This document shows positions 24,083 through 39,114 of a DNA stretch of 64,000 nucleotides, one piece after another (the stretch's first letter is position 1; every line of letters starts with the position of its first letter). The DNA is from Eledone cirrhosa. Lineage: Eukaryota. Position numbers and translations under genes: made by a program. The stretch spans positions 39,060,001 to 39,124,000 of the forward strand of contig OZ024753.1 in NCBI GenBank assembly GCA_964016885.1. Direction: 5' to 3'. The notes beneath the pieces are model-generated. The model had not been told where the DNA came from, did no database searches, and saw only the letters and a program-made list of their open reading frames with translations.

Positions 24083-25922
24083 TTGGAATAAATGCTCTGA
24101 AATAGCGATATATATGTGAATATAGACATAGAATATTCGAAAATATTCTGTATGTTTATAATAAACATTTTGAAGACCTAATCGCTATAGAATAGAATAC
24201 GTCACGTATTACAATTATATTCTCGATAAAAGCAAGGGAAGTAATCTACGCGTTTCATTCTTATTAGAAATCTTCAGGACTACATATCCAGTGCTTTTAT
24301 CGAGAATGACACAGCTAGAGACTTATAGAATACTTAGCTGTGTACAGGAACTGGTTTGAAAGAGCGGTTGCCGGTCCGGCAGAAATTAGAAATTGGAATA
24401 AATGCTCTGAAATAGCGATATATATGTGAATATAGACATAGAATATTCGAAAATATTCTGTATGTTTATAATAAACATTTTGAAGACCTAATCGCTATAG
24501 AATAGAATACGTCACGTATTACAATTATATTCTCGATAAAAGCAAGGGAAGTAATCTACGCGTTTCATTCTTATTAGAAATCTTCAGGACTACATATCCA
24601 GTGCTTTTATCGAGAATGACACAGCTAGAGACTTATAGAATACTTAGCTGTGTACAGGAACTGTATTCTATGTCTATATTCACATATATATCGCTATTTC
24701 AGAGCATTTATTCCAATTTCTAATTTCTGCCGGACCGGCAACCGCTCTTTCAAACCAGTTCCTGTACACAGCTAAGTATTCTATAAGTCTCTAGCTGTGT
24801 CATTCTCGATAAAAGCACTGGATATGTAGTCCTGAAGATTTCTAATAAGAATGAAACGCGTAGATTACTTCCCTTGCTTTTATCGAGAATATAATTGTAA
24901 TACGTGACGTATTCTATTCTATAGCGATTAGGTCTTCAAAATGTTTATTATAAACATACAGAATATTTTCGAATATTCTATGTCTATATTCACATATATA
25001 TCGCTATTTCAGAGCATTTATTCCAATTTCTAATTTCTGCCGGACCGGCAACCGCTCTTTCAAACCAGTTCCTGTACACAGCTAAGTATTCTATAAGTCT
25101 CTAGCTGTGTCATTCTCGATAAAAGCACTGGATATGTAGTCCTGAAGATTTCTAATAAGAATGAAACGCGTAGATTACTTCCCTTGCTTTTATCGAGAAT
25201 ATAATTGTAATACGTGACGTATTCTATTCTATAGCGATTAGGTCTTCAAAATGTTTATTATAAACATACAGAATATTTTCGAATATTCTATGTCTATATT
25301 CACATATATATCGCTATTTCAGAGCATTTATTCCAATTTCTAATTTCTGCCGGACCGGCAACCGCTCTTTCAAACCAGTTCCTGTACACAGCTAAGTATT
25401 CTATAAGTCTCTAGCTGTGTCATTCTCGATAAAAGCACTGGATATGTAGTCCTGAAGATTTCTAATAAGAATGAAACGCGTAGATTACTTCCCTTGCTTT
25501 TATCGAGAATATAATTGTAATACGTGACGTATTCTATTCTATAGCGATTAGGTCTTCAAAATGTTTATTATAAACATACAGAATATTTCGAATATTCTAT
25601 GTCTATATTCACATATATATCGCTATTTCAGAGCATTTATTCCAATTTCTAATTTCTGCCGGACCGGCAACCGCTCTTTCAAACCAGTTCCTGTACACAG
25701 CTAAGTATTCTATAAGTCTCTAGCTGTGTCATTCTCGATAAAAGCACTGGATATGTAGTCCTGAAGATTTCTAATAAGAATGAAACGCGTAGATTACTTC
25801 CCTTGCTTTTATCGAGAATATAATTGTAATACGTGACGTATTCTATTCTATAGCGATTAGGTCTTCAAAATGTTTATTATAAACATACAGAATATTTTCG
25901 AATATTCTATGTCTATATTCAT
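24076..25922. mobile_element. 310-bp hammerhead tandem array (non-LTR retrozyme-like): ~1.9 copies minus + ~4 copies plus, head-to-head
   Basis: Period 310 (one unit 309); inversion at 24663/24664; each unit has GTAGTC-CTGAAGA-TTTC-TAATAA-GAAT-GAAA-CGCG-TA-GATTAC; plus cores at 24832, 25142, 25452, 25761 and minus cores at 24277, 24587; TA repeats at both ends. Confidence 0.9.
24802..24890 (+). ncRNA. Hammerhead ribozyme of the 310-bp unit (representative copy)
   Basis: Core as above with palindromic CGCG stem III; stem I extended past an internal loop by a perfect 16-bp helix ATTCTCGATAAAAGCA/TGCTTTTATCGAGAAT. Confidence 0.85.
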
Positions 25923-25927
25923 ATATA

Positions 25928-26402
25928 TATTGTTATACTTGGGGAGGGTCATATTTGTGTAATATTGCCAGAATTATAACAGAAGACACTCACTGTTTGG
26001 TTGGTTTTCGCTTTTCGAAATAAAATAAACAAATAAATAAATATATAAACAGACTAAATAAAGATGGCGTAGAAAATACAATGCAACGAGAGGAAACAAT
26101 AGCACCACTGACGATGTTGCAAATGTGCAACGAAAGAACTTTGATAAACTATATATATGTGTTTGTGGTCTATATTGTATCTGTATTATTTTTGACCGTT
26201 GGTCAGTCAATGGCAACATTGAGGACCGAATAAATTAGATTACCGATATAAAAGACACAGAAGCGAAAAGCGAAAAGCGAAAACCAACCAAACAGTGAGT
26301 GTGATCTGTTATTAATTCTGGCAATATTACACAAATATGACCCTCCCCAAGTATAACAATATTTGTTTCGACACACGATTTCATATAAAAAACCTCGCAA
26401 AA
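25928..26402. mobile_element. Asymmetric inverted-repeat element, family F
   Basis: ~90-bp inverted arms (25928-26017 / ~26271-26362) plus ~40-nt right extension; related sequence at 8962-9160. Confidence 0.65.
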
Positions 26403-26475
26403 CTATATATATATATATATGTATATCACAATTTATCTCTCTATCTCTTCCTTCCAAACCTTTAAGAGAGAGAGG

Positions 26476-26578
<103 letters not shown>

Positions 26579-27026
26579 GAGAGATTTGGCCTTACGCCGA
26601 AATAATGGAATCTTCTATGCTAAAATTTTATAAAATTTGCCAACATCTTCGCTGCAGCTGGTCAGCATTGTTGTGTGTTAAGCAAGACAACGACAGGTTT
26701 GCTTCGAGAATCTTCGAATCTTCGTCTGATGAGCCATGATATTTCGGATCAATCACTACAGTTATTTGACAAAGATATTAATCTTTACAACAGCCATTCC
26801 TTTCGTCCTGCTAGACATTTCAAGAAGAATTGTTTCTGCTTCACAGAGAAATTATACCCGAATAACTCTATACCACTCTGTCACACCGCCACACCACCAC
26901 ATCATATCATATCATCACATAGAGAAAATCACTGATTCATACGGATCAATGCTTTCTCATTATCCAATCATTCTACTTTCTCTCTTTTTTCCCTCGCTCC
27001 CCCAAATCTATCCCCCCCCCCTCTCC

Positions 27027-27111
<85 letters not shown>

Positions 27112-27136
27112 GCATATATGTGCATATATATATATA

Positions 27137-27278
<142 letters not shown>

Positions 27279-27534
27279 TATATATATATATATATATATG
27301 CATATATATATATGCATGCATATATATATATGCATATATATATGCATATATATATATATATATATATATATACACGCATATATATATATACGCATATATA
27401 TATATATATACGCATATATATATATATACGCATATATATATACGCATATATATATATATACGCATTATATATATACGCATATATATATATATATATATAT
27501 CTTTATCTACATTTCTCTCTCTCTCTCTCTATGT

Positions 27535-27567
<33 letters not shown>

Positions 27568-27936
27568 CAATTATATTTCCATGTCTCCGCAAATCTCTTT
27601 TGTCTCTCATCTCCTTCTCTCCTTCTCACGCCATTGTCTCTCTCCCTCCCTCATTTTCTTCTTCTTCTCTCTCTCTTTTTCTCTCTCTCTATTTCTATCT
27701 ATCCCTCTCTGCTTATTCCTATTAATATATAATATATATATATAATCCTTGTATATATATATCCTTATATAAATATATATATATTTATATCCTTATATAT
27801 ATATATATCCTTATATATATATATATATTTTTATATATATATATATATATCCTTATATATATATATATAAGGATATATATATAAATATATAAGCATATAA
27901 ATATATATATATTTATATAAGGGTATATATATACAA

Positions 27937-27993
<57 letters not shown>

Positions 27994-27996
27994 TAT

Positions 27997-28046
<50 letters not shown>

Positions 28047-28224
28047 TCCTTATGTTTGAGTATATATATCTTTCCACTTTTTGCCTTTATGGCACAAACT
28101 CTTATATTTTAGCTCACATACACAAGCACACATTGACCCATCACCAGCAAACCTACACACTTTTATACACCTGTGCACACACAAATATTTCCTACATACG
28201 CACTTATATATCTCAACGTATATA

Positions 28225-28307
<83 letters not shown>

Positions 28308-28829
28308 AATACAAAATTATACGTTATACTTGAAACAACCATCCCACTTTGCGTTAAGTTTTTCTATATTCTATTGATTTTCCTGGAGCATAACGGAAGG
28401 AAAAATTGTAATAAAAAAACATAAAGACTGTGATACCAGGGGAAAGGTTACGAAGGAGATGAAATATTTAGTTTACGTAGAAAGTGTTTTAAAACCCATT
28501 GATCTCATCCATGAAGTGAAAGAAAATAAAGAAGCATCAATTTCTTTGAGATAACAAAATATTGACTTCTAAATTAGTTAGATGGTTGAGTACCAGCTTA
28601 ATTGCTATGTAGTACATAATTTCGTTCTGCTATTGTTTGAGTTCGATTCTCGGTGGGCTTCATTTTTTTTTTATTGTTAAAGGGCTCTTTTTTAAAAGAG
28701 TGCATGTTTTAAAGGGTTTGGAAGGACCGCTGTAAGAAGTCTGTGAAACTGAGAGTGGAATATGTTGAATATAATCATAATTAACTGATCCTTCTCTATT
28801 TTCTTTTGTCAAAGCAAGGTACTGTATAT

Positions 28830-29925
<1,096 letters not shown>

Positions 29926-29935
29926 ATATGAATAT

Positions 29936-30114
29936 ATTCAGCACCCCGACGGCTGAGCTCCGGCCGTTTCGACAGCTAGATCCGAACTCTCGAAACGGCC
30001 GGAGTTCCACCGTCGGGGTCCTGACTCTTTTCCTATTACCCACTCTACTACACTTAGTATTGAGTACTCTGGTGCGTTATGGTCCACCTGGTTCCTTACC
30101 ACACTTTCTTTATT
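29936..30114. mobile_element. Family B mini-element
   Basis: Short inverted arm plus full tail ...GTATTGAGTACTCTGGTGCGTTATGGTCCACC... Confidence 0.8.
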
Positions 30115-30131
30115 ACACACACACACACTCA

Positions 30132-30210
<79 letters not shown>

Positions 30211-30657
30211 TCTTAATGAAGTACAGCAATGGTGGCCTTTGGTATTGATGTCATTATTACTATAATCTTAGAATACACCAGAAACAGGGAAGTCGATAAA
30301 CACTCATAGGGCTGATGTATATTTTCTGTTATATTTTTAATATACATTTTGTGTTTGTTTTAGCTATGACTACTTTTACTGTTGTTTTATCGATTCGAAA
30401 TATGTATAGTACTTAATATAAGATAATGAAACTACTTCTCAATGTATGATAACATTGAGTTCCTTTATATTAAGTAAGACATTACCAGTTTTTAACACAT
30501 ACGAAAACAATCAATGGTGGAAATAAGTCATGTATATAATAGCCTTCATTATAATATACATAAAACTTGCATTGAGGTTCCGGAACTGAAGGTAGAATAT
30601 AAACAATAGAAGGTGTGGCAATAGGTGAAGTCCTTATTATCTGAAAGAAATGGCAGC

Positions 30658-30748
<91 letters not shown>

Positions 30749-30799
30749 GAAACATGTAGTATAAGTGTACATATGGATGAATTAGTTGATATATACAAT

Positions 30800-31020
30800 G
30801 ATTTCTGTTTGAGGCACAAGGCTAGTAATTTCAAGGGTAGAGGAGGGGAAAGTCGATTTTATCGATCCCTGTAATTGACTGGTAATTTATTTTATCGAAC
30901 CCGGAAGAATGTAAGGCAGAGTTGACCCCAAGCAGGATTTGAAAGTAGAACGTAAAGACCAGGAACAAAGGCTGCTAAGCATTGGTCTTATACTTAAACA
31001 ATTATGTCAATCCACTGCCC
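30800..31020 (-). mobile_element. Degenerate Nin/Deu-type SINE (similar old copies at 33010-33380)
   Basis: GGCACAAGG...ACTGGTAATTTATTTTATCGA...GGATTTGAA. Confidence 0.6.
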
Positions 31021-31755
31021 TAAAGTTGTTCTATATAATACTAGATACTATTCGTAGAAAGGAGCAATGGTTGTATTACTGGTACTAACGTTATCGATTC
31101 TTGAAAAATAGAAAAGAAACGAAGTCGATAATGGTTGTATTAGTTTAATAAATATCAATTCTCTTCGAGAATTATCTTAACGGTACACGTGTCTGTGGAA
31201 ATATTCAGCAACATATATTTATTCTTGATCAAACTAATGGTACATTCGGCTTTGGAATCATCAGAGGTAGAACAACAGCAACAACAATAACAACAACAAC
31301 GACTACAACGACAACAACAACAAAGCATACAGCAAGAGCTACAACAACTACAAAAACAACAACGTGTGTGTGCGTTTGTGTGGATTATAGAAGGTGATAG
31401 AACCGTATGAATGAAAGCTTTCTAAAATTAGTTCATGTAGTTTGGAAGACACATCGTCGATACCGACGGAGATCCATTACACTGTCTTTAGTAAGTATGT
31501 AGCCTGCCTGAGCAATTTACAGAGAGAGAGAAAGGATCTGCCATCATTATCGAGTAAATATCATTGACATAAATATCAGCAGGCCCGACTAAGCCTTTGA
31601 TTCGTTATCAACCCTCCTTCAATGTATTTTTATAATACTATACAATAACTAACACACGTGACTTAACTATCACACTGACGGCTTAACTTTTACTGAGTTA
31701 TTTTCTTAAGCTGCTACTTGGCGAGAGAAGGAGAGAGAGTGAGTGAGAGTGGGAG

Positions 31756-31817
<62 letters not shown>

Positions 31818-31989
31818 GGAGAGGGAATAGGACAAGAGAGGTTGGTGGATAGAGGGAGAAAGAGAGTGAAATTAGGAGAATGGCGAAAAAAGTAAGAGAG
31901 AGAGAGTGTGTGGGGGAGTGAATGTAATAAAGAGAGAAGGGGAAGACAGAGATTGGGAGAGAGAGAGAGGTGAAACAGAAAGACAGAAG

Positions 31990-32037
<48 letters not shown>

Positions 32038-32181
32038 GAGACAGAGAGAGACAGAGAGAGTTTGGGAGAGCGAAAGTGGGGAAATGAGAAAGACAGAGAG
32101 TGTGTAAAATACAGAGAAAAGGAAAGAGTGAGAGAAAGAGATAGAGATAAGGGAGGAAGACAGAGAGAGAGAGAGAGGATA

Positions 32182-32219
<38 letters not shown>

Positions 32220-34097
32220 GGGAGAGCGTAACAGATGAAGTTCGGGTGTTTTATTATAAAATGTCCATGCTTTTTGTTTATTTTTCGTTATTGTTACTGT
32301 TGTTATTGTTATTATTGTTATTGTTGCTATTGTTGTTATTTCTCTTTTCCCTTTTTTCTTCTTTTTTGTCTCATCAGAAACTCCATTCTGTTTTCAGATA
32401 CATTCTATCAATCTTAAAAGTGTTTTAATCCGAAAATTGAAGAGCTAAATCGGTCTATGTTGGTATTATAAAGATTGTTGAAATATATTCACAATATCTT
32501 TTCAGTACAATTGAAAATCTAGGTGAAGGGCAAACTGAGATATTACTACTTTAGAGAGAAAATAAACACAATATTTAGGGTGGGTTTGTCAGCAGCCTGA
32601 AAACACAAACGTAATTTTACAAAGATTTTTCTTAATACGTTTTATTGTATCATTTTCTATCTCCCAGCCGACCACACACACATACAGACATACTCACATG
32701 CACATACATTCACAAACACACATACATACATACACACACACATACATATAAACACACACACAAACACACAGTCACACACACACAAACACACTTACACACA
32801 TACACACATACACACACGCAAGTTGTTATTCGTTTCGTTGGATCTCCAACGGTTTCGACGAAGTGTGTTCATGTAGTTTGAGCAACACAACACCTTTCTT
32901 GTTACATTTGCGAAAAATATAGTATTCACATCTAGACACCAAATAAACGATTTACGACCTTTCATTTTCCAGATCTTGTGTTTAAATCAGTAACCAAATT
33001 TTTCATAAATTTAACTATTAAATCGACCCAAGTACTTGAGAGGTTATATATTATATCGAAGGGCAAAATTGACTTAGCAGTATTTGAACTTAGGAAGTAG
33101 AGAGCTGGGATAAAAAATACAAAACATTTTGTCCGGCGCTCTAACGATTCTGACAATCTACTACCTTTATATTACTATTAATAATTATTTCTAATTTTGG
33201 CACCAGGCCAACTACTTTTGATAGTGGAAAGTCAATTAAATTGACCACAGTATTTCACTGTTTCTTTATTTTATCGACTCTGGGAGAATGAAAGACTAAG
33301 ATGACTTCATTAGAATTTGATCTGGGAAGATATAGAACATAAAACATTTTGTCCGACGCTCTACCAATTCTGCCAAAACAACAATATTTACATTAATATT
33401 TATAAAATAAGCAGAACATTCCATTTCATGTCTTCAAATTTACTGAAACAATGAAAAGTAGTTTTGCTGCCAATTTCCAGTCAGTTTTTACTGCAAAAGA
33501 TAACTATAAGCAACACTATTGCCTCCCACCCACAATGTTCTCTAATTATTTGATAACACTGTTTGCAATTTTAATTCTAGCTTTCACGCTAAAACCACTA
33601 GAAGAGAAGATGTCTTGAAACGTTGGTTTAACTTTCATAATTCTATTAATTCCTGCTAGTAAATATTGGCCGACAGCGAAAAATGAAACGAAAATGCCAC
33701 AATTTAATAATGCTGATTGAATTTTCGAGCTAGATTCTTAAGAGCCTCTTATCAACAAGAGCTTGTTACTCCATCATAAGTGGCGTTTTATCGACTACTA
33801 AAGAAGACAAAGGCTGCAAGAAACCTGGTAAATTATTAATTCAAATGTTGCGAATCTACAAACGTTATTATTGTTTTTATGTATGTTTATATGTGTGTAT
33901 ATAATTTTGTTGATTTTGTTGTTGCTGATTATTATCAAGTCTTTTTATTATTATTTATTTTAGTTTTTTGTTCTTTGGTCTTTCACTCTCTTGTTAGAAA
34001 TATATTAAGGAATAAAAGCAAGAGAAATCAAAGCAATGCAAAGTAAATAAGTTTAGTGTTTGCTGCAAAATCAGACACAGGAAGAAGTAAAATCAAA

Positions 34098-34167
<70 letters not shown>

Positions 34168-34979
34168 TTATTGAATCGCACATCATTGAACTAATTAAAA
34201 TAGACTATCTATTTTTGAGAAACTTGGATGAGGTAAAGGACTTCCATCGACGGAATGAAATGAAAAGAATACGAAATATGATAAAGAATGAAAAAGGAAG
34301 GAAAACAATAAAATAAATGAATAAATACATAAATATATGAATGAGAAAAAGATAACGAAAAACAAAAGAACAAAATTATACTGGAAATAAATACTTCAGA
34401 ACTGCAAAATATTTTTTAAAACAGCAACTCTACTTTAGTAAATTTGAATTTAATATAAAGAGGAATGCAAAACTGAAAAATATTCTTATATGACCCAATT
34501 AACGTTCGAATTATTACTTTTAATTTGCATTTATGATAGAAAAATTCTTTAATTAAACTTAATGAAGTGTTTCAGAATGATTAATAAAATCAAAAGAGAA
34601 ATGAAATATTATCAATAAAAACAATTTCTGAGGTTGAGAGAAAGTAGAGTTTTGTTGGAGTGAAGTAGTAGAGTCCACTGAAGCAAATGTATCGATTAAA
34701 CGAACGGTACATATTTTACGTTAACCTCGCTGAATGGAAACCAATGTACGAGGGTCGGCTGACACGTCCATAGGCTGACCAAGATAACGCAGGATTTCAC
34801 AGTTCAATCATCACTCCTTTATAGTCAGTCTATAAAATCTTCAGCCGACACTCGTACGTTAGTTTGAATCTCATCAAAAGTGTCTTAACGTTTCGGACGC
34901 TAGATCTTCATGAGAAGACAGAAGGAGTAAAAGAAGTAGAAAGATAGAAGTATGCGAGCGAAAGGATGAAGAAACGGGG

Positions 34980-35059
<80 letters not shown>

Positions 35060-35181
35060 AGTATTGAAATTTCCGTTGGAAACAGAAAAGGTCATAGAAA
35101 TGAAGAGTGCTCTATGTAAGTATCAGAGCAAAATTTAATGTATAAAAATCAATGAGGTAATTATATTGTATTGATTTTTAT

Positions 35182-35270
<89 letters not shown>

Positions 35271-35272
<2 letters not shown>

Positions 35273-35426
35273 GAAAAGAATCAGGATTCCGACGGCTGCA
35301 CTTCTGCCGTTTCGACAACTAGATCCATCGAAGTCCTGATTCTTATCCTATTACCCACTCTACTACCCTAAGTATTGGATACTATGGTGCGTTATGGTCT
35401 ACCTGGTATCTTACCACACCCCTTTG

Positions 35427-35430
<4 letters not shown>
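35271..35430. mobile_element. Family B mini-element
   Basis: Same arms and tail, between (TA)n tracts. Confidence 0.75.
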
Positions 35431-35471
<41 letters not shown>

Positions 35472-35512
35472 ACAGATTAAAATTTAAGAATTTGCATTTT
35501 AGTCTTCACATT

Positions 35513-35647
<135 letters not shown>

Positions 35648-35777
35648 AGGTTAGATATTACATGTTATGAGCAAACATTTGAAGTGTAAAGCAGGATAAC
35701 GCACCCATTACTGTGATTTGAAACTACGTACTAACCGTATACTGAACAATCGTGTCCTAACGATTATCCATTACATG

Positions 35778-35844
<67 letters not shown>

Positions 35845-36768
35845 GTGTGTGTATATATATATATATTTATATGTGTGTTTGTATGTATTTATGTATGTAT
35901 GTATGCATGAAATTGTCTATGTTTATTTGTGTATGTGCCTTTGTATGCAGGTGTGTAGGTATAGATGTATGTGTCTTATGGAGAGAGAGAGAGAGAGAGA
36001 AAGATAGATAGATAGATAGAGAGAGGGGGAGTGGTAGATAAATAGATAGCTTAATAGATATATAGATAATGAATATCTTTTGAAATCAGTCAACTAGAAA
36101 ATACTAATATTCAAGAATAATAAATCAGACACTATATATATATATATATACGTGTGTGTGTGTGTGTGTGTGTGTCTGTGCATATATGTATACAAACATA
36201 CACACGTACGTATACATATAGGAAAAAAGCGAGAGAAAGAGGGCGAGAGGACAGTAGGAATTCGCAAAAGAGTTGCGTTTTGAGAATTTTTGAAATCGAA
36301 AATTTAAAAAAAGCGAATTCATTAACCAAAAAAAAAAGACAAGATCGACAAAAAAAAAATTAAATCAAATAATAAAAAAATAATAATAAACAAGTCGCAA
36401 GTACTTCTCTGGTAGAAATATTATAATTCTGTCATAAAATGAGAAAGAATAAAATAAAATTATATGATAAGAAAAGATTAAAGAGATAGTCGGATAGCTC
36501 AAATGGAATGTTCTTTTGAGAAAAATCATAAAGTGAAAAAGGTTTACAACATTTTGTGTGCATTGAAGAAGAATTCGCTAAACTCCTTGTAGAAATGGAA
36601 ACAAGAAAATGTCTAGCAAAATTACGATTCTTTGAAAGAATTATAAGATTTATGAAATGTGTCCCCAATGTTCTTTCCGTATGTTGATCATTTAAAAAAA
36701 AAAAATCTGAAGTTATTTGTTGTGGTTGATTTTTTTTTTGGTGTTGTTGTTGTTGTTATTTCGTTTGT

Positions 36769-36912
<144 letters not shown>

Positions 36913-36914
36913 CA

Positions 36915-36945
<31 letters not shown>

Positions 36946-37258
36946 TATATTATATATATATTATATTATATACATATATATTATATATATATATATTATA
37001 TATATATATACATACGTATATATATATTATATTATATATATATTATATATATATATGTATACACACACACATACATGTATATATATATATATATTATATT
37101 ATATATATTATATTATATATATATATATTATATATATATATATTATATATATATATTATATATATATATATACATACGTATATATATATTATATTATATA
37201 TATATTATATTATATATATATTATATTATATATATATTATATATATATACACACACAC

Positions 37259-37323
<65 letters not shown>

Positions 37324-37586
37324 TTATTTTGATTTTGTAAGTGTTTGTGTTTTGTTTTTCTACTATCATATCGTGTGTGGTGAGGTGTTGAATTGTTTGG
37401 GACATAACATTTCCAAGTTGAACGCAGTGACAGGCGTTTTTAGGAGAGGTTTGTGGATTGAGTGAGATATATCGAATAAGGTTATTGAAGAATGTAAAAA
37501 TGATCTCACTTGTAATATATATATAGTAGAGAGTCAGCACCCGGCAGCTGAGCTCCTGCCGTATTGATAGCAAATTCCATATAGCG

Positions 37587-37675
<89 letters not shown>

Positions 37676-37824
37676 CTGGTAGTAGAGGTAACTACCTGAA
37701 ACCGCCGAGCTAGTGATATATACTCTACTTCCACTAATATAATATAACCCTGTATCTTACCATGTATCACAAACTTCTTTTATTTGCGGTCTTCCCGGTC
37801 CCAGAACCACAGACTCTCAATATG

Positions 37825-37899
<75 letters not shown>

Positions 37900-37905
37900 T
37901 ATATA

Positions 37906-38096
37906 TAACGAAAGAAATGTGGTAAGGAAACAAGTGGACCATAACGCACCAAAGTACTCAATACTTAGGGTAGTAGAGTGGGTAATAGGAACGAGTAGGA
38001 CTCCGACGGCTGAGCTCAAGCCGTTTCGACGGCTAATTCTGGACCAGAATTAGCCGTCGAAACGGCTTGAGCTCAGCCGTCGGGGTCCTACTCGTT

Positions 38097-38100
<4 letters not shown>
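37906..38100. mobile_element. Family B mini-element
   Basis: Near-perfect ~56-bp arms (37986-38100) centred ~38043. Confidence 0.82.
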
Positions 38101-38146
<46 letters not shown>

Positions 38147-38544
38147 CCGACGAATGTTTATATCTACTTCGTAATCATAAATACCCGAGTTCAAATCACT
38201 TCATGTTACCATCCCAGAAGACCAACACTTATCCTTGAAAGAAATTGAAAAAAATAACAAAACATATAGATTTAAAGATCGAAATTGCACGACTGGGATC
38301 AATACCACCTAAGTATAACAAGATGTTTCCAGTCTTTTGGAATTTTTACCAATAAATCTGAAAGTTTATCTTGAGCAAATAAATCAGGAAAGACAAATTC
38401 TAACGCATTTACAAAAGACCAGATACAAAAGACCAGACATTGTACACATATAGAACAAAATAACGTCCACCTATGGTTCTTTGTCAGTATAAGATCTAGC
38501 AAACATTAACTGTGCAAACTATAAATAATAATAATAATAATAAT

Positions 38545-39097
38545 GATTTCATTTATTGACCACAAGGGCCGACTTGTAGGGTACAATACAAAGACACAGA
38601 CAGTGGGGGTTTATAATTGTTTCTAATTTTGGCACAAGGCCAGCAATTGCCTAGTGTATTACTGGTACTTTATTTTATCGACCCCGTAAGGATGAAAGGC
38701 AAAGTTAACCTTGGCGGGATTTGAACTCAGAATGGCAAGGACCGTAACTCTATGCGTCAAAGCATGGTGTCCGACCTTCTACCGATACTACCAATCCACC
38801 GCTCTTGGGGGCGTTTATAATAAAGTCGGGATTTATAATAAAGTCGGGGTTTATAATAAAGTCGAGTAATAGTGCACAATGGCAAGACTAATTTAACAAT
38901 GAAGATATAAAAATATGAAATAAACTATGCATAAATATAACAAAATAAATTCCCCTATAGGGGGTGGACGACCCAGGGGTGACTCAAGTACCCCACCAAT
39001 CCTGAACCACCCTGCGCTTCTAGGGCATCCAGGGAGAGTACCCCTCTCCTCCTCAAATTAGCTGGCTTATAGGCGCATGGTCAGAGTAGACCCATTA
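38545..39097 (-). mobile_element. Diverged L1/Tx1-like 3' UTR interrupted by a SINE (~38612-38805)
   Basis: TTTCATTTATTGACCACAAGGG start and GC-rich blocks colinear with 11118-11390; SINE flanked by GTTTATAAT direct repeats; flanked by (AAT)n. Confidence 0.55.
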
Positions 39098-39114
39098 TAA
39101 TAATAGTAATAATA

